Positions 11,256 to 24,667 of a DNA stretch of 64,000 bases are shown piece after piece (positions within the stretch are counted from its first letter, which is position 1; every line of letters starts with the position of its first letter). The position numbers were made by a program, and so were the translations under genes. The notes under the pieces were generated by a model that was given only the letters and a program-made list of their open reading frames with translations, had not been told where the DNA came from and did no database searches. Origin of the DNA: Squalus acanthias (Eukaryota); the NCBI GenBank assembly GCA_030390025.1, contig CM059432.1:130326001-130390000 (forward strand), in the 5' to 3' direction.

Positions 11256-12724
11256 GAGACACAATTTCTTGCTAAAATTCCTTATCAGCTATCCTGCAAC
11301 AGTTGGCCAGATTTTTAGCTCAATGTAGAATGTATGCAAATTCCTTTCTAAAATTATTTATTTTTAATGTTGAATTAAATATTACAAAATGACAAAATTA
11401 ATGACTTTTCTAGTAATATGTTTGCAAGTCATTATACATCACTGCACCGTATCTCTAAATTGTACTTTTTCTGTGGAATAAAACTAAATTATCTGATAAC
11501 GGCAACTTGTATGGAAATGCACTTAATGCTTTTGCCACAATTTAATAGAAACTCAACCCCACAGAAACTGCCACAAGTTCAAGACCACAGTCAACTTTGT
11601 AATCTTCATTAATTTATAGCAGTTGCCCTAATTAGCAGAAGCCTATCTGCCCACATGGAATAGACTTCAGTGTCATCATTAGGTTATTTTTTTCCTCGTA
11701 TGACACAAGTGTTAAGGCCACTCACATACTTGTCTCTTAGACACCCAAGGAATAACTGGAAGCATGACTTAATGAATTAAGAATTTTAAAAATTCAAGTA
11801 AGTTTTCAAATTATTTTCCACCTGACTATAGATACAAACTAGTTTGGTATATTTAAAAAGGAGGAGGGCGAAAGAGAAAGTAAGCCTTTCAGTTGTTGAT
11901 GTTGAGAAACGCCAACAATTAGTTGCTCATTTGGCTCAGTTTCCAATCACCATTAAGGGGACAGTATTTCTTTTGCCGACCTTTAAAAGTTTAATTTAAC
12001 CTTCAACTTGAGAATGCATTTCAACAGAATAGAAATATGTGCATAGCAGGCTGAGGACACAAAGCTTCCAATACTATTGCATCTGTGAAATGGTATTACA
12101 AAACATAGCAGTTTGACTGGAAGAACAGGTTGCCAACTGCTTGGAAAGAAGACAGGAACTGTTTTGCAAAGACTGGAATATGATGAGAGGCTTGTTGTGT
12201 AAATAAGTAGGCATGCACTTCAAATCCATGGGCAATGACAGTTATGTTATGTTATATAGTCACATGAGCTGTGAATACTCGAGTCCTACAAGGTGCATTT
12301 AAAGATGAAAGGGGCATACTGAATTTAAAATGGACATTGGAACAATGCATTTTACACTCGTCAGAATAAAAAAACTGCAGCTTTCAAAAAAGCTGACAGA
12401 CTGACAACAAAAATAGCCTCAATATAAGCCTATGACTTATGAAAACAAGTAGTTACGTTAAAAGTACATTGGTTTGTACCTTAAGTTGTTGGTAAACCTA
12501 ACATTCTTTCATTTGCATTGGAGCAGAAACACAAACACGTGAAAGCCCGAAGAGGGATACAAATATGGAAGGCACAAGTTTTCTACGGAATCTCTGGGGA
12601 TGTCCCAGAAAAATGTTGATTGTTAACACTTTGTTTGATGCATTTCCAGCATTTTGGAATATACAACAAACATAAGCATTGCATTTTTTTCATTCTAAAC
12701 AAGAAAAAATATTTGCTCTGACAT

Positions 12725-13720
12725 TTGATACAGGAGGCAGGAGGCTGCCATCGGAGGAGGCCGAGCCCACCTGCACATCCTCTCCCCCGTGCAAGAACAC
12801 AAGCTGGCCATCACGGGCGGGGGAGAATCAGGGCCATGGCAAGTGGCAACGCAACATTGGAGGAAACGTCTGCTTATATTTTTTCCTTCTTCTATCTCAG
12901 CCTACACATTCTGCATGACAAACTGCAGCTGCTTTCACCAGCCACTTCTCTCTCCCTTTAAACTAAAAGATAACTCGGTCTTTCATTTCAGGAAAATGTG
13001 GAGATACCTCTGCCACTTCAGGAAGAGGAGGCCAGCCTTTCCGAAGATGCACCGTCACTTGATCTGAACCTAGCAACCACCAGCTCAGATATTGGCACCA
13101 CATGTACTTTAGAGGGGAGGCTAGAGAAGCAGTTTACATGTGGCGCATCACCGGTCACAAGTGTGCAGGAGCTAGGGCAGGGGTATAGGACACCACAGGT
13201 GCCAGCTTACCAGAGGACAGAGCGCATACTAGCTCTGCTATAGAGGACTCAAATGAAGACTTTGAGGGCCCAGGCGACCGATAAAGCCTGATGGGCATAC
13301 ACCAGAAAATGCTCAGTGTTCTGGGCAGCCTGCCAGCAAGCTGGTGCACAATGTCACAGATCATGGAGGAGCCCAGTTTCAACTTGTTTTAAGGGTTCGT
13401 GCAGAGCATGGAGACCAGTGTCCAACACGGACGTAGAGGTCAGCTCCATCAACACGACAGTGGTTTCCACCATGATAGAGCCTCTGCCGAGAGCTTCCCT
13501 GGCAGCAAATATTGCTGCCATGGAAGCTCAGATGGCTGCCATCTTGGCTCTGGAGGCCAATGTTGACAGGAGTCTCCAATGCGTCACAGCAGTCCTGCAG
13601 TGCAGCGCCCAAAGTTATAGGAGCAGAGGCACCATCCTGGGAGGACAGCTTTGGCTCCATGAGAGAGGCACCTGCTTCTCCCCTCTTTTCCATCCCAAAG
13701 TGTGACTGACCACTTCTACC
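12725..13720 (+). pseudogene. Second Harbinger Myb/SANT-gene fragment
   Basis: RRQEAAIGGGRAHLHILSPVQEHKLAITG matches the TGGG..LSP.EE segment. The downstream part resembles 7391-8310 (ATGGAGGAGCCCAG / ATGGAAGAGTCCAG; GCTGCCATCTTGGCTCTGG / GCTGCCATCGTGGCTCTGG). Confidence 0.6.
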
Positions 13721-13856
13721 CACTCTTCCTACCCTCCCAAAAGACAGCTCCTGGTTTGTCCTCTCTTCCTCCTGCCAAGCATCATTCCCAGCTTCTGTCC
13801 TTTTCCCTTCTCCTCAGCATTGGTCTTACGCAAGCGTATTTATGCAGTAAGTGACT

Positions 13857-14430
13857 CATAAGAACATAAGAAATAAGATCAGGAGTAGGCTATTCGGCAC
13901 CTCGAGCCTGCTCCGCCCCATTCAATAAGATCATGGCTGATCTGATCTTGGCCTCAACTCCACTTTCCTGCCCGCTCCCCATAAATCTTGATTCCCCTTT
14001 TTTTCAAAAATCTGTCTATCTCCGTCTTGAATATATTCAATGACTCAGCCTCCACAGCTCTCTGGGGTAGCGAATTCCAAAGATTCACGACCCTCTGAGA
14101 AGAAATTCCTCCTCATCTCAGTTTTAAATGGGTGACCCCTTATTCTGAAACTATGCCCCCTAGTTCTAGATTCCCTGAGGGGAAATGTCCTCTCTGCATC
14201 TACCCTGCCAAGCCCCATCAGAATCTTACATGTTTCAATAAGATCACCTCTCATTCTTCTAAACACCAATGAGTATAGGCCCAACCTGCTCAACCTTTCT
14301 TCATCGGACAACCCCTTCTTCTCAGGAATCAACCTAGTGAATCTTCTCTGAACTGCCTCCAATGCAAGTTCATCCCTCCTTAAATAAGGAGACCAAAACT
14401 GCACGCAGTAGTCCAGGTGTGGTTTCACCA
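13857..14430 (-). mobile_element. CR1 LINE 3' fragment
   Basis: ORF 14045-14428 PHLDYCVQFWSP..RRMRGDLIET. CR1 tail (TTCTTATG)n at the left end. Confidence 0.92.
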
Positions 14431-15577
14431 GGTGACTGCTTCCCTGTGGGAAGCGCCTGCCCTCCTATTACCCCTCTCAGTTAATAGGACGATTGAAAAG
14501 GGAAATGTACTGTCTAGGACTGTGGACCTGCACTGCGCCATTTTATGGCACTGCACACTGGAGCTCCAGTGCAACTTGCTACCACCCTGTGCTTGATTTA
14601 TAGCATATTTTTATTTTGGCAGATGGATATAAAACAATATTTCAGCATTCTCTTTAAACTCCATACAGTTCCTTTCAGTTAATATAGACAAGTCAGATTT
14701 TAAGGTTAAATCAAATTGATTCCAGTTATTCCCCAAAACATGAATTTCAAAATTAAGATTAAACCAAATAAAAGCTGCAAATATCAACACAGACATACTG
14801 CAGTTCCAGTGTGACATAGGCAGCTGTTTTCCCTGTTTGGTGCAGAGAGCATTTAATCTTTTCTCCAGCCCTGCAGGTAGCACTGACACAATGTACCTTC
14901 AGTTGCCCGCATTATGTAGAAACAGCTGAACAAAGTTCCATGGGAGAGGGGACACTGCAGCTGATGATTCACATCAAAGCCTTTTAGTATTACACGTTTT
15001 GAAGACAGCTGCAGCCATTTATTGTTTATTTAGAGTATTGCATTTGTTCCTTCCAAAATTGTCTTGCTTAGAATTATTGTATATTGGCTCTAATTTTCTG
15101 ATTAACCGAATTATACCCCCAAATGTTTTGATTACAAATATTTTCCTTTATTTTTGACCTTTAAATGGATACATTTGCTTGCAGCTGATTTCACCCAGTT
15201 TTGCGACCCGAATTCAGGAAAATATAAAACCTGAAAATCAGAAAGCCTAAGTTTAAGCCACACATTTTGTTTGAAGTGGATGAAATGGTTTGGAATCACT
15301 GGTTTGATAGTTAATTTAATATTGGAGATTGAAGAGGGAGGATTGAGAGTTCCAAAAGATATTAAGAGTCCTATTTAATGTTCCTTAGCCAATGAATTTT
15401 CTTGTAATAAATTGTGTGCAAAAAAAGCTATAGATCAGTTCACATGATCCAACGTAATTTCTTAGGTTCAAATTTATAAAATTGGTAATACATCCACATC
15501 AAACAACCAGGCTGCTGTTTAATGTTATTGTTAAGAAATAGAGATTTAAAAAAAAAAATAGCTGACTTATACTGTAC

Positions 15578-18362
15578 TAGGCGACCAGGGCTGGGAACTG
15601 AATATTCCAGGGTATATGATAATTCGGAAGGATAGACAGAAAGGAAAGGGAGGTGGGGTGGCTTTGTTGGTAAAAGATGGGATCAGTGCAGTGGTGAGAA
15701 GTGATATTGGCTCAGAAGATCAAGATGTAGAGTCGGTTTGGGTGGAGATAAAAAATAATAAGGGGAAAAAAGTCTCTGGTGGGCATAGTCTACAGGCCCC
15801 CGAACAGTAGCAATGCTGTTGGACAGAGTATAAATCAACAAATAATGGAGGCCTGTAAAAAAGGTACGGTAATATCATGGGTGATTTTAATCTCCATATT
15901 GATTGGACAAATCAAATTGGCCATGGTAGCCTGGAGGAGGAGTTCATAGAGTGCATCCGGGATGTTTTCCTAGAACAGTATGTAATGGAACCAACCAGGG
16001 AGCAGGCTGTCTTGGATCTGGAACTATGTAATGAGACAGAATTAATAAATGATCTCATAGTAAAGGATCCTCTAGGAAAGAGTGATCATAGCATGGTTGA
16101 ATTTCAAATTCAGTTGGAGGGTGAGAAAGTTGTATTCCAAACCAGTGTCCTGATCTTAAACAAAGGCAATTATAATGGCATGAGGGCAGAACTGGCTAAA
16201 GTGGACTGGAAAAACAAATTAAAGGGCAAGAAAGTTGAAATGCAGTGGCGGGCATTTAAGGAGATATTTCCTAACTCTCAACAAAAATATATTCCAGTGA
16301 GAAAGAAAGATTTTAAGAGAAGGGAGCACCATCCGTGGCTAACTAAGGAAGTAAAGGATGGTATCAAATTGAAAACGAAGGCATACAATATTGCCAAGAT
16401 TGGTGGGAGACCAGAGGATTGGAAAATTTTTTAAAACCAGCAAAGGATGACTAAAAAAATAATAAAAAGAGAGATGAATTATGAGAGTAAGCTGGCAAGA
16501 AACATTAAAACAGATAGTAAGAGCTTCTACAGGTATATAAAAAGGAAGAGGGTAGCTAAAGTAAACGTTGGTCCCTTAGAGGATGAGACTGGGAAATTAA
16601 TAATGGGGAACGGGGAAATGGCAGAGACTCTGAACAAATATTTTGCATCTGTCTTCACTGTAGAAGACACTAACAACATCCCAATAATGAATAATCAAGA
16701 GGTCACAGGGAGTGGGGAACTAAAGACAATCACTATCACTAAGGAAATAGTACTCGGTAAAATAATGGGACTAAAAGACGACAATTCCCCTGGACCAGAT
16801 GGCCTGCATCCCAGGGTCTTAAAAGATGTGGCTGCAGAGATAGTGGATGCATTGGTTGCAATATACCAAAATTCCCTGGACTCTGGAGCGGTCCCAGCAG
16901 ATTGGAAAACCGCTAATGTAACACCCCTATTTAAGAAAGGAGGGACACAGAAAGCAGGAAATTATAGACCAGTTAGCCTAACATCTGTCGTTGGGAAAAT
17001 GCTGGAGTCCTTCATTAAGGAAGCACTAGCAGGGCATTTAGAAAAACATACTGCAGTCAAACAGAGTCAGTATGGTTTTAGGAAAGGGAAATCATGTTTA
17101 ACAAATTTGCTGGAGTTCTTTGAGGATGTAACAAGCAGGGTGGACAAGGGTGAGCCAGTGGATGTGGTGTATTTGGATTTCCAGAAGGCATTCGATAAGG
17201 TGCCACATAAAAGGTTACTGCATAAGATAAGAGCTCACGGAGTTGGGGTAATATATTAGCATGGATAGAGAATTGGCTAACTAACAGAAAGCAGAGAGTC
17301 AGGATAAATGGGTCATTTTCTGGTTGGCAAACGGTAACTAGTGGGGTGCCACAAGGATCGGTGCTGGGGCCCCAACTATTTACAATCTACATTGATGACT
17401 TGGATGAAGGGACCGAGTGTAATGTAGCCAAGTTCGCGGATGATACAAAGATGGGTGGGAAAGCAAGTTGTGCAGAGGACTCAAAGAATCTGCAAAGGGA
17501 TATAGACAGGCTAGGTGAGTGGGCAAACATTTGGCAGATGGAGTATAATGTGGGAAAGTGTGAGGTTATCCACTTTGGCAGGAAAAATAAAAAAGCTAAT
17601 TATTATTTAAATGGAGAGAGATTACAAAATGCTACAGTTCAGAGGGACCTGGGGGTCCTTGTGCATGAAACACAAAAAGTTAGCATGCAGGTACAGCAAG
17701 TAATCAAAAAGTCAAATGGAATGTTGGCCTTTATTTCAAGGGGCTTGGAGTATAAAAGCAGGGAAGTCCTGCTACAACTGTACAAGGTATTGGTGAGACC
17801 ACACCTTGAGTACTGCGTACAGTTTTGGTCTCCTTATTTAAGGAAGGATATAATTGCATTGGAGGCAGTTCAGAGACGATTCACTAGGTTAATTCCAGAG
17901 ATGAGGGGTTTGACTTATGAGGAAAGGTTGAGCAGGCTGGGCCTATACTCATTGGAATTTAGAAGAATGAGAGGTGATCTTATCGAAACATATAAGATAC
18001 TGAGGGGGCTCGACAGGGTAGATGCAGAGAGGATGTTTCCCCTCATGGGGAAATCTAGAACGCGGGGGCACAGTCTCAGAATAAAGGGTCGCCCTTTTAG
18101 AACTGAGATGAGGAGGAACTTCTTCTCTCAGAGGGTCATAAATCTGTGGAATTCTCTGCCCCAGAGCTGTGGAGGCTGGGTCATTAAATACATTTAAAGT
18201 GGAGATAGACAAATTTTTTGCAAGATAAGGGAGTGAAGGGTTATGGGGAGCAGGCTGGGAAGTGGCTTTGAGCCCTAGATCAGCCATGATCTTATTGAAT
18301 GGCGGAGCAGGCTCGAGGGGCCAAGTGGCCTATTCCTGCTCCTATTTCTTAAGTTCTTATGT
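15578..18362 (+). mobile_element. CR1 LINE (subfamily B), most of ORF2, frameshifted
   Basis: Consecutive ORFs 15616-15810, 15877-16434, 16447-17259, 17346-18197 carry APE and RT motifs, then a CR1 3' UTR/tail. Confidence 0.95.
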
Positions 18363-19361
18363 ATATTATAAGAGGTATCTGTAACCAAATTACAAAGGTA
18401 TCAATCCAAGCCAAGGGTTAAAATGACTCTTATAAACCACAAGAGTGATGTAATTGAAACTACCAAGATTGGGTTACTGCCTTGTAACCAGACTTATTCA
18501 TTATCCTCTATGATTCAAGGCCTATGACATGTATATATAAGATTGTCTTGATATTTGCTGCTGCAAGTCCCACCACCCAAGTATTTCTGTAATATGCTAG
18601 TGACATCATCTCATGCCTGCATGCTACAATTTACATCAACATGTCCATGTTGGCTTCACCCTTATAAACAATGAGTCATGTAGTTTAGTAACGTAAGTAG
18701 TTTGATGCTCAACATCCAACCTAAATGAGCACATATTCAATTTCTTTAAGGGACTGTTTGTCATGGTTGCGTCAGCTGGCTAAATTTTGGTAGTTGTTAC
18801 CCTGTTTGTTAGATCAAATATATGTGTTCCCTCTTCAGCGTGTCATGCCCTTATGATCCCATCCCCATTAGAACACAAAAATTGCCCTGAAATTACAAGC
18901 CAGTTGGGAATCGCGCTCAGAAAAACCACAATGTTAGTGGGCGTGAAAAGGTAATACTGGTGGAAAGGAAATACTTTTCTGAGGTCATGGAACATGTGAG
19001 GACAATGTAAAAGTTCTGAATCGCAGTCAATCCATGGTCCACTTGACCTAGAAGTACTTCATGGGATCACTGACTGCTAAATAATGCATGAATAAACAGC
19101 AAGCCCTGTTAAAACAGGCACTAGTACAGCAACAAAATAAAAATTGATTTATTTACAATTTAATTTCAAGGCTTGGTCAGGATAGATGCTCAACAGAAGC
19201 AATTTAAATTGTTTCATGCAAGATAATGATTGATATCATGGCTATATGGTAACTGGAAAAAGTTATCTGTATTATGCTAAAATGTATTGCTAAAATCTAT
19301 TTCTAAGTGTAAAGTTCTAGTGTATCAATTCAAAAAGGGCAATTAAAATTAACCATCACAT

Positions 19362-20946
19362 TTTTGATATATATTAGTGACCTGGACTTGGGTATAGGAG
19401 ACATAATTTCAAAGTTTTCAGATGACACAAAACAGTGCAGAGGATAGTAACAGTCTTCAGGAGGACATAGACAAACCGGTGAAATGGACAGATACATGGC
19501 AGATGAAATTTAATGCAGAGAAATGTGAAGTGATGTATTTTGAAAGGAAGAATGAGGAGAGGCAATATAAACTAAATGGTACAATTTTAAAAGGGTTGCA
19601 GGAACAGACCTGGGGGTTCACATGCACAAATCTTTGAAGGTGGCAGGACAAGTTGATAAGGCTGTTAAAAGCATATGGGATCCTGGGCTTTATAAATAAA
19701 GGCAGAGGGCTCGATTTTGCCAGGCCCGAGGAGGCAGGAATGGAGGCGTGTGGGGTGTTAAAATTGCAAAAAATGGCGGGCGGGCCCGACCCCATGCAAT
19801 TTTCCCAAATGCGTGGTTTCTGATCCCGTCTCCGTCCCGCCTCTAAGAGGCGGGATAGGCCCTTAACAACCACTTAATTGCCTCTATAATCCTATTTTTA
19901 GAGGCCTTTCTGATTTTAACACTTTTCCGACGTGATACACGCATCCTCTGAAACACGACGGTGAAACCTGGCTGTAGCACACTTGGATTGTTGACTATCA
20001 GCTGCAGGTCCACGATGATGGTGGTGGTGGTGGTGGTGGTGAAAAAATCTGGGAGCAGACTTAGGTCTCCTGCTGCTCATTTTGCCTCCAGGTCCCTCTC
20101 ACAGCAAAGGCCAAAAGCTTCTCAGTCTTTGCAGACCTTAAATGCAGCAGCAATGATGACATCATCAGAGGCGACTTCCAGACTGAAAAAACTAATTGGG
20201 TCATGGGTTCCCACATGCTGGAACTCAACTGCCCAATTAGGGGAAAATCGAATAATTCTCCCACATCCAATTGGAGTCGGGTGGCTAACACGAAAAGCGG
20301 ATGACACGACCCCAGCCCACCCCACCCCAATGACAAAAATCGAGCCCATAGAGTACAAAAGCAAGGATGTTATGCTAAACCATTATAAATCACTAGTTAG
20401 GCCCCAGCTGGAGTATTGTGTCCAAATCTGGGCACCACACTTTAGGAATAATGTCAAGACCTTAGAGAGGGTGCAGAGGAGATTGACTAGAATGGTACCA
20501 GGGATGAGATACTTTAGTTATGCGGAGAGACTAGAGAAGCTGGGATTGTTCTTAGAGCAGAGAAGGTTAAAGGATGATTTAATAGAGGTGTTCAAAATTA
20601 TGAAGGGTTTTGATAGAGTAGATAGAGAGAAATTGTCTCCATTGGCAGGAGAGTCGATAACCAGAAGACATAGATTTATGATAATTGGCAAAAGAACCAG
20701 GAGGGAGATGTGGAGAAATGTTTTTACGCAGCGAGTTGCTATGATCTGGAATGCACTACTTCAAAGGGTGGTGGATGCAGATTCAATAGTAACTTTCAAA
20801 AGGGAATTGGATATTTGAAAAGGAAAAAATTGCAGGGCTATGGGGAAAGAGCAGGGGAGTGGGACTAATTGGATAGCTCTTTCAAAGAGCCGGCACAAGC
20901 ATTATGGGCAGAATGGCCTCCTTCAGTGCTGTATGATTCTATGATT
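19362..20946 (+). mobile_element. CR1 LINE 3' fragment interrupted by a MITE
   Basis: SKFSDDTK, WQMKFNAEKCEV, RPQLEYCVQIW motifs. (ATTCTATG)n tail at ~20930-20946. Confidence 0.88.
19707..20347. mobile_element. PIF/Harbinger-type MITE
   Basis: Perfect 12-bp TIR GGGCTCGATTTT / AAAATCGAGCCC. 3-bp flanks AGA/ATA. Removal restores CR1 AAAGGC-ATAGAGTACAAAAGC. Confidence 0.85.
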
Positions 20947-21078
20947 TCATTCAAAACAGGAATGCCACTCAGTAACGCACAGAAAGCTTAATAACGAAGT
21001 ACAGAATTTTGTTTCTCTTTTGCTTAACCACAGGACTGCAATTTAATTTAAACAAACCAATGTTTCTTGGTTTGTCAA

Positions 21079-21545
21079 TGTCAGCTGTGGCTCAGTTGGT
21101 AAGCACCTTCGCCCGAGTCAGAACGTTGCGGGTTCAAATCCCACTCCAGAGAGTTGAGCACAAAATTCTAGGCTGACACTCCAGTGCAGTGCTGAGGGAG
21201 TGCTGCACTGTCAGAGGTGCCGTCCTTCGGATGAAATGTTAAACCGAGGCCGCGTCTGCTCTCTCAGGTAGACGTAAAAGATCCTATGGCACTATTTCAA
21301 AGAAGAGTATGAGAGTTATCCCCGGTGTCCAGGCCAATATTTATCCCTCAATCAACATCACTAAAACAGATTATCTGGTCATTATCACATTGCTGTTTGT
21401 GGGAGCTTGCTGTGCGCAAATTGGCTGCCGCGTTTCCTACGTCACAACAGTGACTACAAAAATAGTACTTAATTGGCTGTAAAGTGCTTTGGGATGTCCA
21501 GTGGTCATGAAAGGCGCTATATAAATGCAAGTCTTTCTTTCTTTT
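21079..21545 (+). mobile_element. DeuSINE (SacSINE1-like) full-length copy
   Basis: tRNA head (TGGCTCAGTTGG, GGTTCAAATCC), Deu-like core TAAACCGAGG..TAAAAGATCC..GTCCAGGCCAATATT, L2-like tail GGCGCTATATAAATGCAAGTCTTTC. Confidence 0.85.
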
Positions 21546-22489
21546 CAATGTGATTTAGCAGGAATTTTAACAGCCCACTTCTACAATAGAAAAATACCAA
21601 AGTAGATGCAGAGAGGATGCACCCTCAATTTTGGCAGGAGCTCAACTTCTAAATTCTGCTAAAGGATTTAGGTTATTTACCCTGGAGATTAACCTAAATA
21701 GAAATGACATTTAAAAGAATTATAGTATTACTGTATCTTGTAAAACTAATGCAAACGGATATAAAGTATTATTCTTCCAGTCAAAGCAAGGCTAAAAGTA
21801 TCTTTTTAGTTATCATTGCAGCAACTAGAAATCCATTATCTGTTTATTTAATTAAAATGTTTGTAAGCAGAAATATTAGAAAAGCACAAAAAATCTCAAG
21901 CTCCTTTAAGAAGTATTAGCACCTCTCTCTCTGTGTGTAAATACAATGAATAGTATGGAACAGAATCATACAGATCAGAAAGGTCCCAAGTTCTGGTACT
22001 GGTCTCTACACTTTGTTGACCTTAGCCAAAATGGTCAGAGTCCTGTAACTGATCACAGTTCCAGCAGCCGATGCAGCAATTCAATATGCAATGGATACGG
22101 GTGAACAGGCTCAGAATCAGCCGTGACAGATTACATTTGAATAACCAGCAAACTATTTAAACATGTCCAGACAAACCCATGAGGAATGGTCATTTGGGCA
22201 AGGTACGGAAAAGCTGCTACCACGCCGAGTAAGTGCACTCTATAATATTTGCAGGGCTATGGGGTCATGAATTGGATGGCTTTTTCAAAGAGCTGGCACA
22301 GGCACGAAGGGCCGAATGGCCTCCATCTGTGCTATATCATTCTATGATTTGAAGTTGCCACCTCCAGAAGAGGGGAGAAAACTGGACTGAAGCAAAAAAG
22401 GAATGTGTAGAGGGTTGATTTTCAAGTAGATTTAATTTTAAAAACAGCCAAGAGTTGCTTGCACTAAAATATAGTCACATTGCTAGATT

Positions 22490-23740
22490 GGAGTCAGCTG
22501 GTACCATTCTCACGTCTGATTCAGTGGATTGATGGTCCCAACCTCACTCCAGGACTTAAGTATATAATCTTGGTTGACACTTCAAGCAGCAGTGAGAGAG
22601 AATCAAAGGTGCTGCTCTTCAACCGAGATGTTAAATCCTTCCTGCCTGTTACATAGAAACATAGAAGATAGGAGCAGGAGTAGGCCATTTGGCCCCTCAA
22701 GCCTGTTCCGCCATTTAATGAGATCATGGCTGATCATCCAAATTCAGTACCCAGTCCCTGCTTTCTCTTCATATCCCTTGATCCCTTTAGCCGTAAGAAA
22801 TATATCTAACTCCTTCTTGAATATATTTAATGAGTTGGCCTCAACTGCCTTCTGTGGTAGAGAATTCCACAGGTTCACCACTCTCTGGGTGAAGAAATTC
22901 CTCATCTCAGTCCTAAATGGCTTACCCCTTATCCTTAGTCTGTGACCCCTGGTTCTGGACTCCCCCGCCATCGGGAACATCCTTCCTGCATCTAGTCGGT
23001 CTAGTCCTGTTAGAATTTTATAAGTTTCAATGAGATCCCCTCTCATTCTTCTAAACTCAAGCGAATATAAGCCTAATCGACCCAATCTCTCATCATATGT
23101 CATTCCTGCCATCCCAGGTATCAGTCTGGTGAATCTTCGCTGCACTCCCTCCATGGCAAGAACATCCTTCCTCAGATAAGGCAACCAAAACTGCACACAA
23201 TACTCAAGGTGTGGTCTCACCAAGGCCCTGTACAACTGCAGCAAGACATCCTTGCTCCTGTACTCGAATCCTCTCGCTATGAAGGCCAACATACCATTTG
23301 CCTTCTTAACCGCCTGTTGCACCTGCATGCTTACCTTCAGCGACTGGTGCACAAGGACACCCAGGTCTCGTTGCACTTCCCCTTTTCCCAATCTATTGCC
23401 GTTCAGATAATAATCTGTCTTCCTGTTTTTGCCACCAAAGTGGATAACCTCACATTTATCCACATTATACTGCATCTGCCATGCGTCTGCCCAATCACCC
23501 AACCTGTCCAAATTATACTGGAGTTTCTCTGCATCCTCTTCACAGCACACACGCCCACCCAGCTTTGTGTCATCTGCAAACTTGGAGATATTACATCTAG
23601 TTCCCTCGTCTAGATCATTAATATATATTGTGAATAGCTGGGGTCCTAGCACCGATCCCTGCGGTACCCCAGTGGTTCAGATGGGCATTGAAAATTCCAT
23701 AGCATTTACTGAAGGAAAGAAGAATCAATTCAGTGTAAAC
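22490..23740 (+). mobile_element. Degraded DeuSINE split by a CR1 insertion
   Basis: SINE-like 22490-22650 ends CCTGCCTGTT and resumes GTTCAGATGGGCATTGAAAATTCCATAGCA near 23675. Confidence 0.6.
22651..23671 (-). mobile_element. CR1 LINE 3' fragment (young subfamily A)
   Basis: Open 302-aa frame 22744-23652 (FADD, WQMQYNVDKCEV, RRMRGDLIE), near-identical to 5990-6745. Tail (TTTCTATG)n. Confidence 0.95.
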
Positions 23741-23979
23741 ACAGTCCACATAATTTTTGGTTAGGGGATCAATGCAAATCTTCCTGTATAGCGCCTAGTT
23801 ATTAATGTCCTTTTGGCTGGTTTCCAGGCTCCCACATACAGCTGTACTGAGGTGGTGTATTGTACTGTCAACTACTCCCAATTGTTGCTAATTTGCATCA
23901 TATTGCAACATGCTCTGCTGGCAGCCTTTGATTTATTGCACATTAATTTAACCAGTAAACCAATAAGAAAAAAGCCAAC

Positions 23980-23985
23980 TTTATT
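23980..23985 (-). promoter_or_regulatory. Candidate polyadenylation signal (AATAAA) for NSMCE2
   Basis: First minus-strand AATAAA I found downstream of the stop codon (~575 nt), followed by a U-rich tract. A second AATAAA lies at 23932-23937. Confidence 0.35.
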
Positions 23986-24558
23986 TTAGATGCATGAAAC
24001 AAGGAAAATAATTGTAAAGGGAAATCCCAAACAGCAGTGTTGATGAATGATATAGCAATGTATTTAGGGAGCATCGTGTTGCATAAAAAGGACATCAAAG
24101 AATTATCCATATTGTGGGGGAGGGCACAGTAATTATAATTTTAAACCTTTCAAATTTTAGGAAGAAATCCTTTGCTATACAGAACTGCTCAAAGTTCAAT
24201 ACTGCTATCTTAGAAGGGTAAACAGTTAATTTAGAAAACATTACGCTCAATTTCCTTAACTAGGCTTTCACTGGTGCAAACCTATACTTAGGTTTAGACA
24301 AACTACACTCTAAATGCTGCAGGCCTGGATTTCCGTTTATACTTGGAGCTTAATTCTCTACTTTAAACATTTTACATCTGTGATGTGCTTTGAAGGAAAC
24401 ACACTTAAGCCAAATGGAATTCAGCATAAATTTTAGTCAAATTATATAATTATCAGTGATTAACCAGAACTCTTTCCTCCCACAAGATGACCTCCTAAGT
24501 AAGTGTATCTGACAGCTTCTCCTTCATCACATTTGCCTGTTGAACGTGTGACAGATAA

Positions 24559-24667
24559 TTATCGCATTTGATGTTTTTTGTGATTTTCAATAGCTCTCCT
24601 CAGGGTTGTGTCCATTGAAAGGTCACATTGGTTCATATCTCCATTATCACATCCAACAACAGGGCAC
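24559..24667 (-). CDS. NSMCE2: NSE2/MMS21 SUMO E3 ligase, last coding exon (109 nt incl. stop)
   Basis: Acceptor TTTCTGCAATAG, then G|TGC.. = (R)CPVVGCDNGDMNQCDLSMDTTLRRAIENHKKHQMR*. Matches the vertebrate NSMCE2 C-terminus pattern CP..GC....DL..D..LRRAIENH. Phase fits the previous exon. Confidence 0.95.

Noticed and set aside
19961..20818. 285-aa ORF as a novel chimeric protein
   Set aside because: Chance read-through from a MITE (with a GGT microsatellite) into CR1 RT. The same applies to 45448-46221 and 35097-35666.
21085..21150. tRNA gene candidates (also ~32880, ~55825, ~54410-54465)
   Set aside because: These are tRNA-derived SINE heads continuing into the Deu body, with no separate cloverleaf or terminator.
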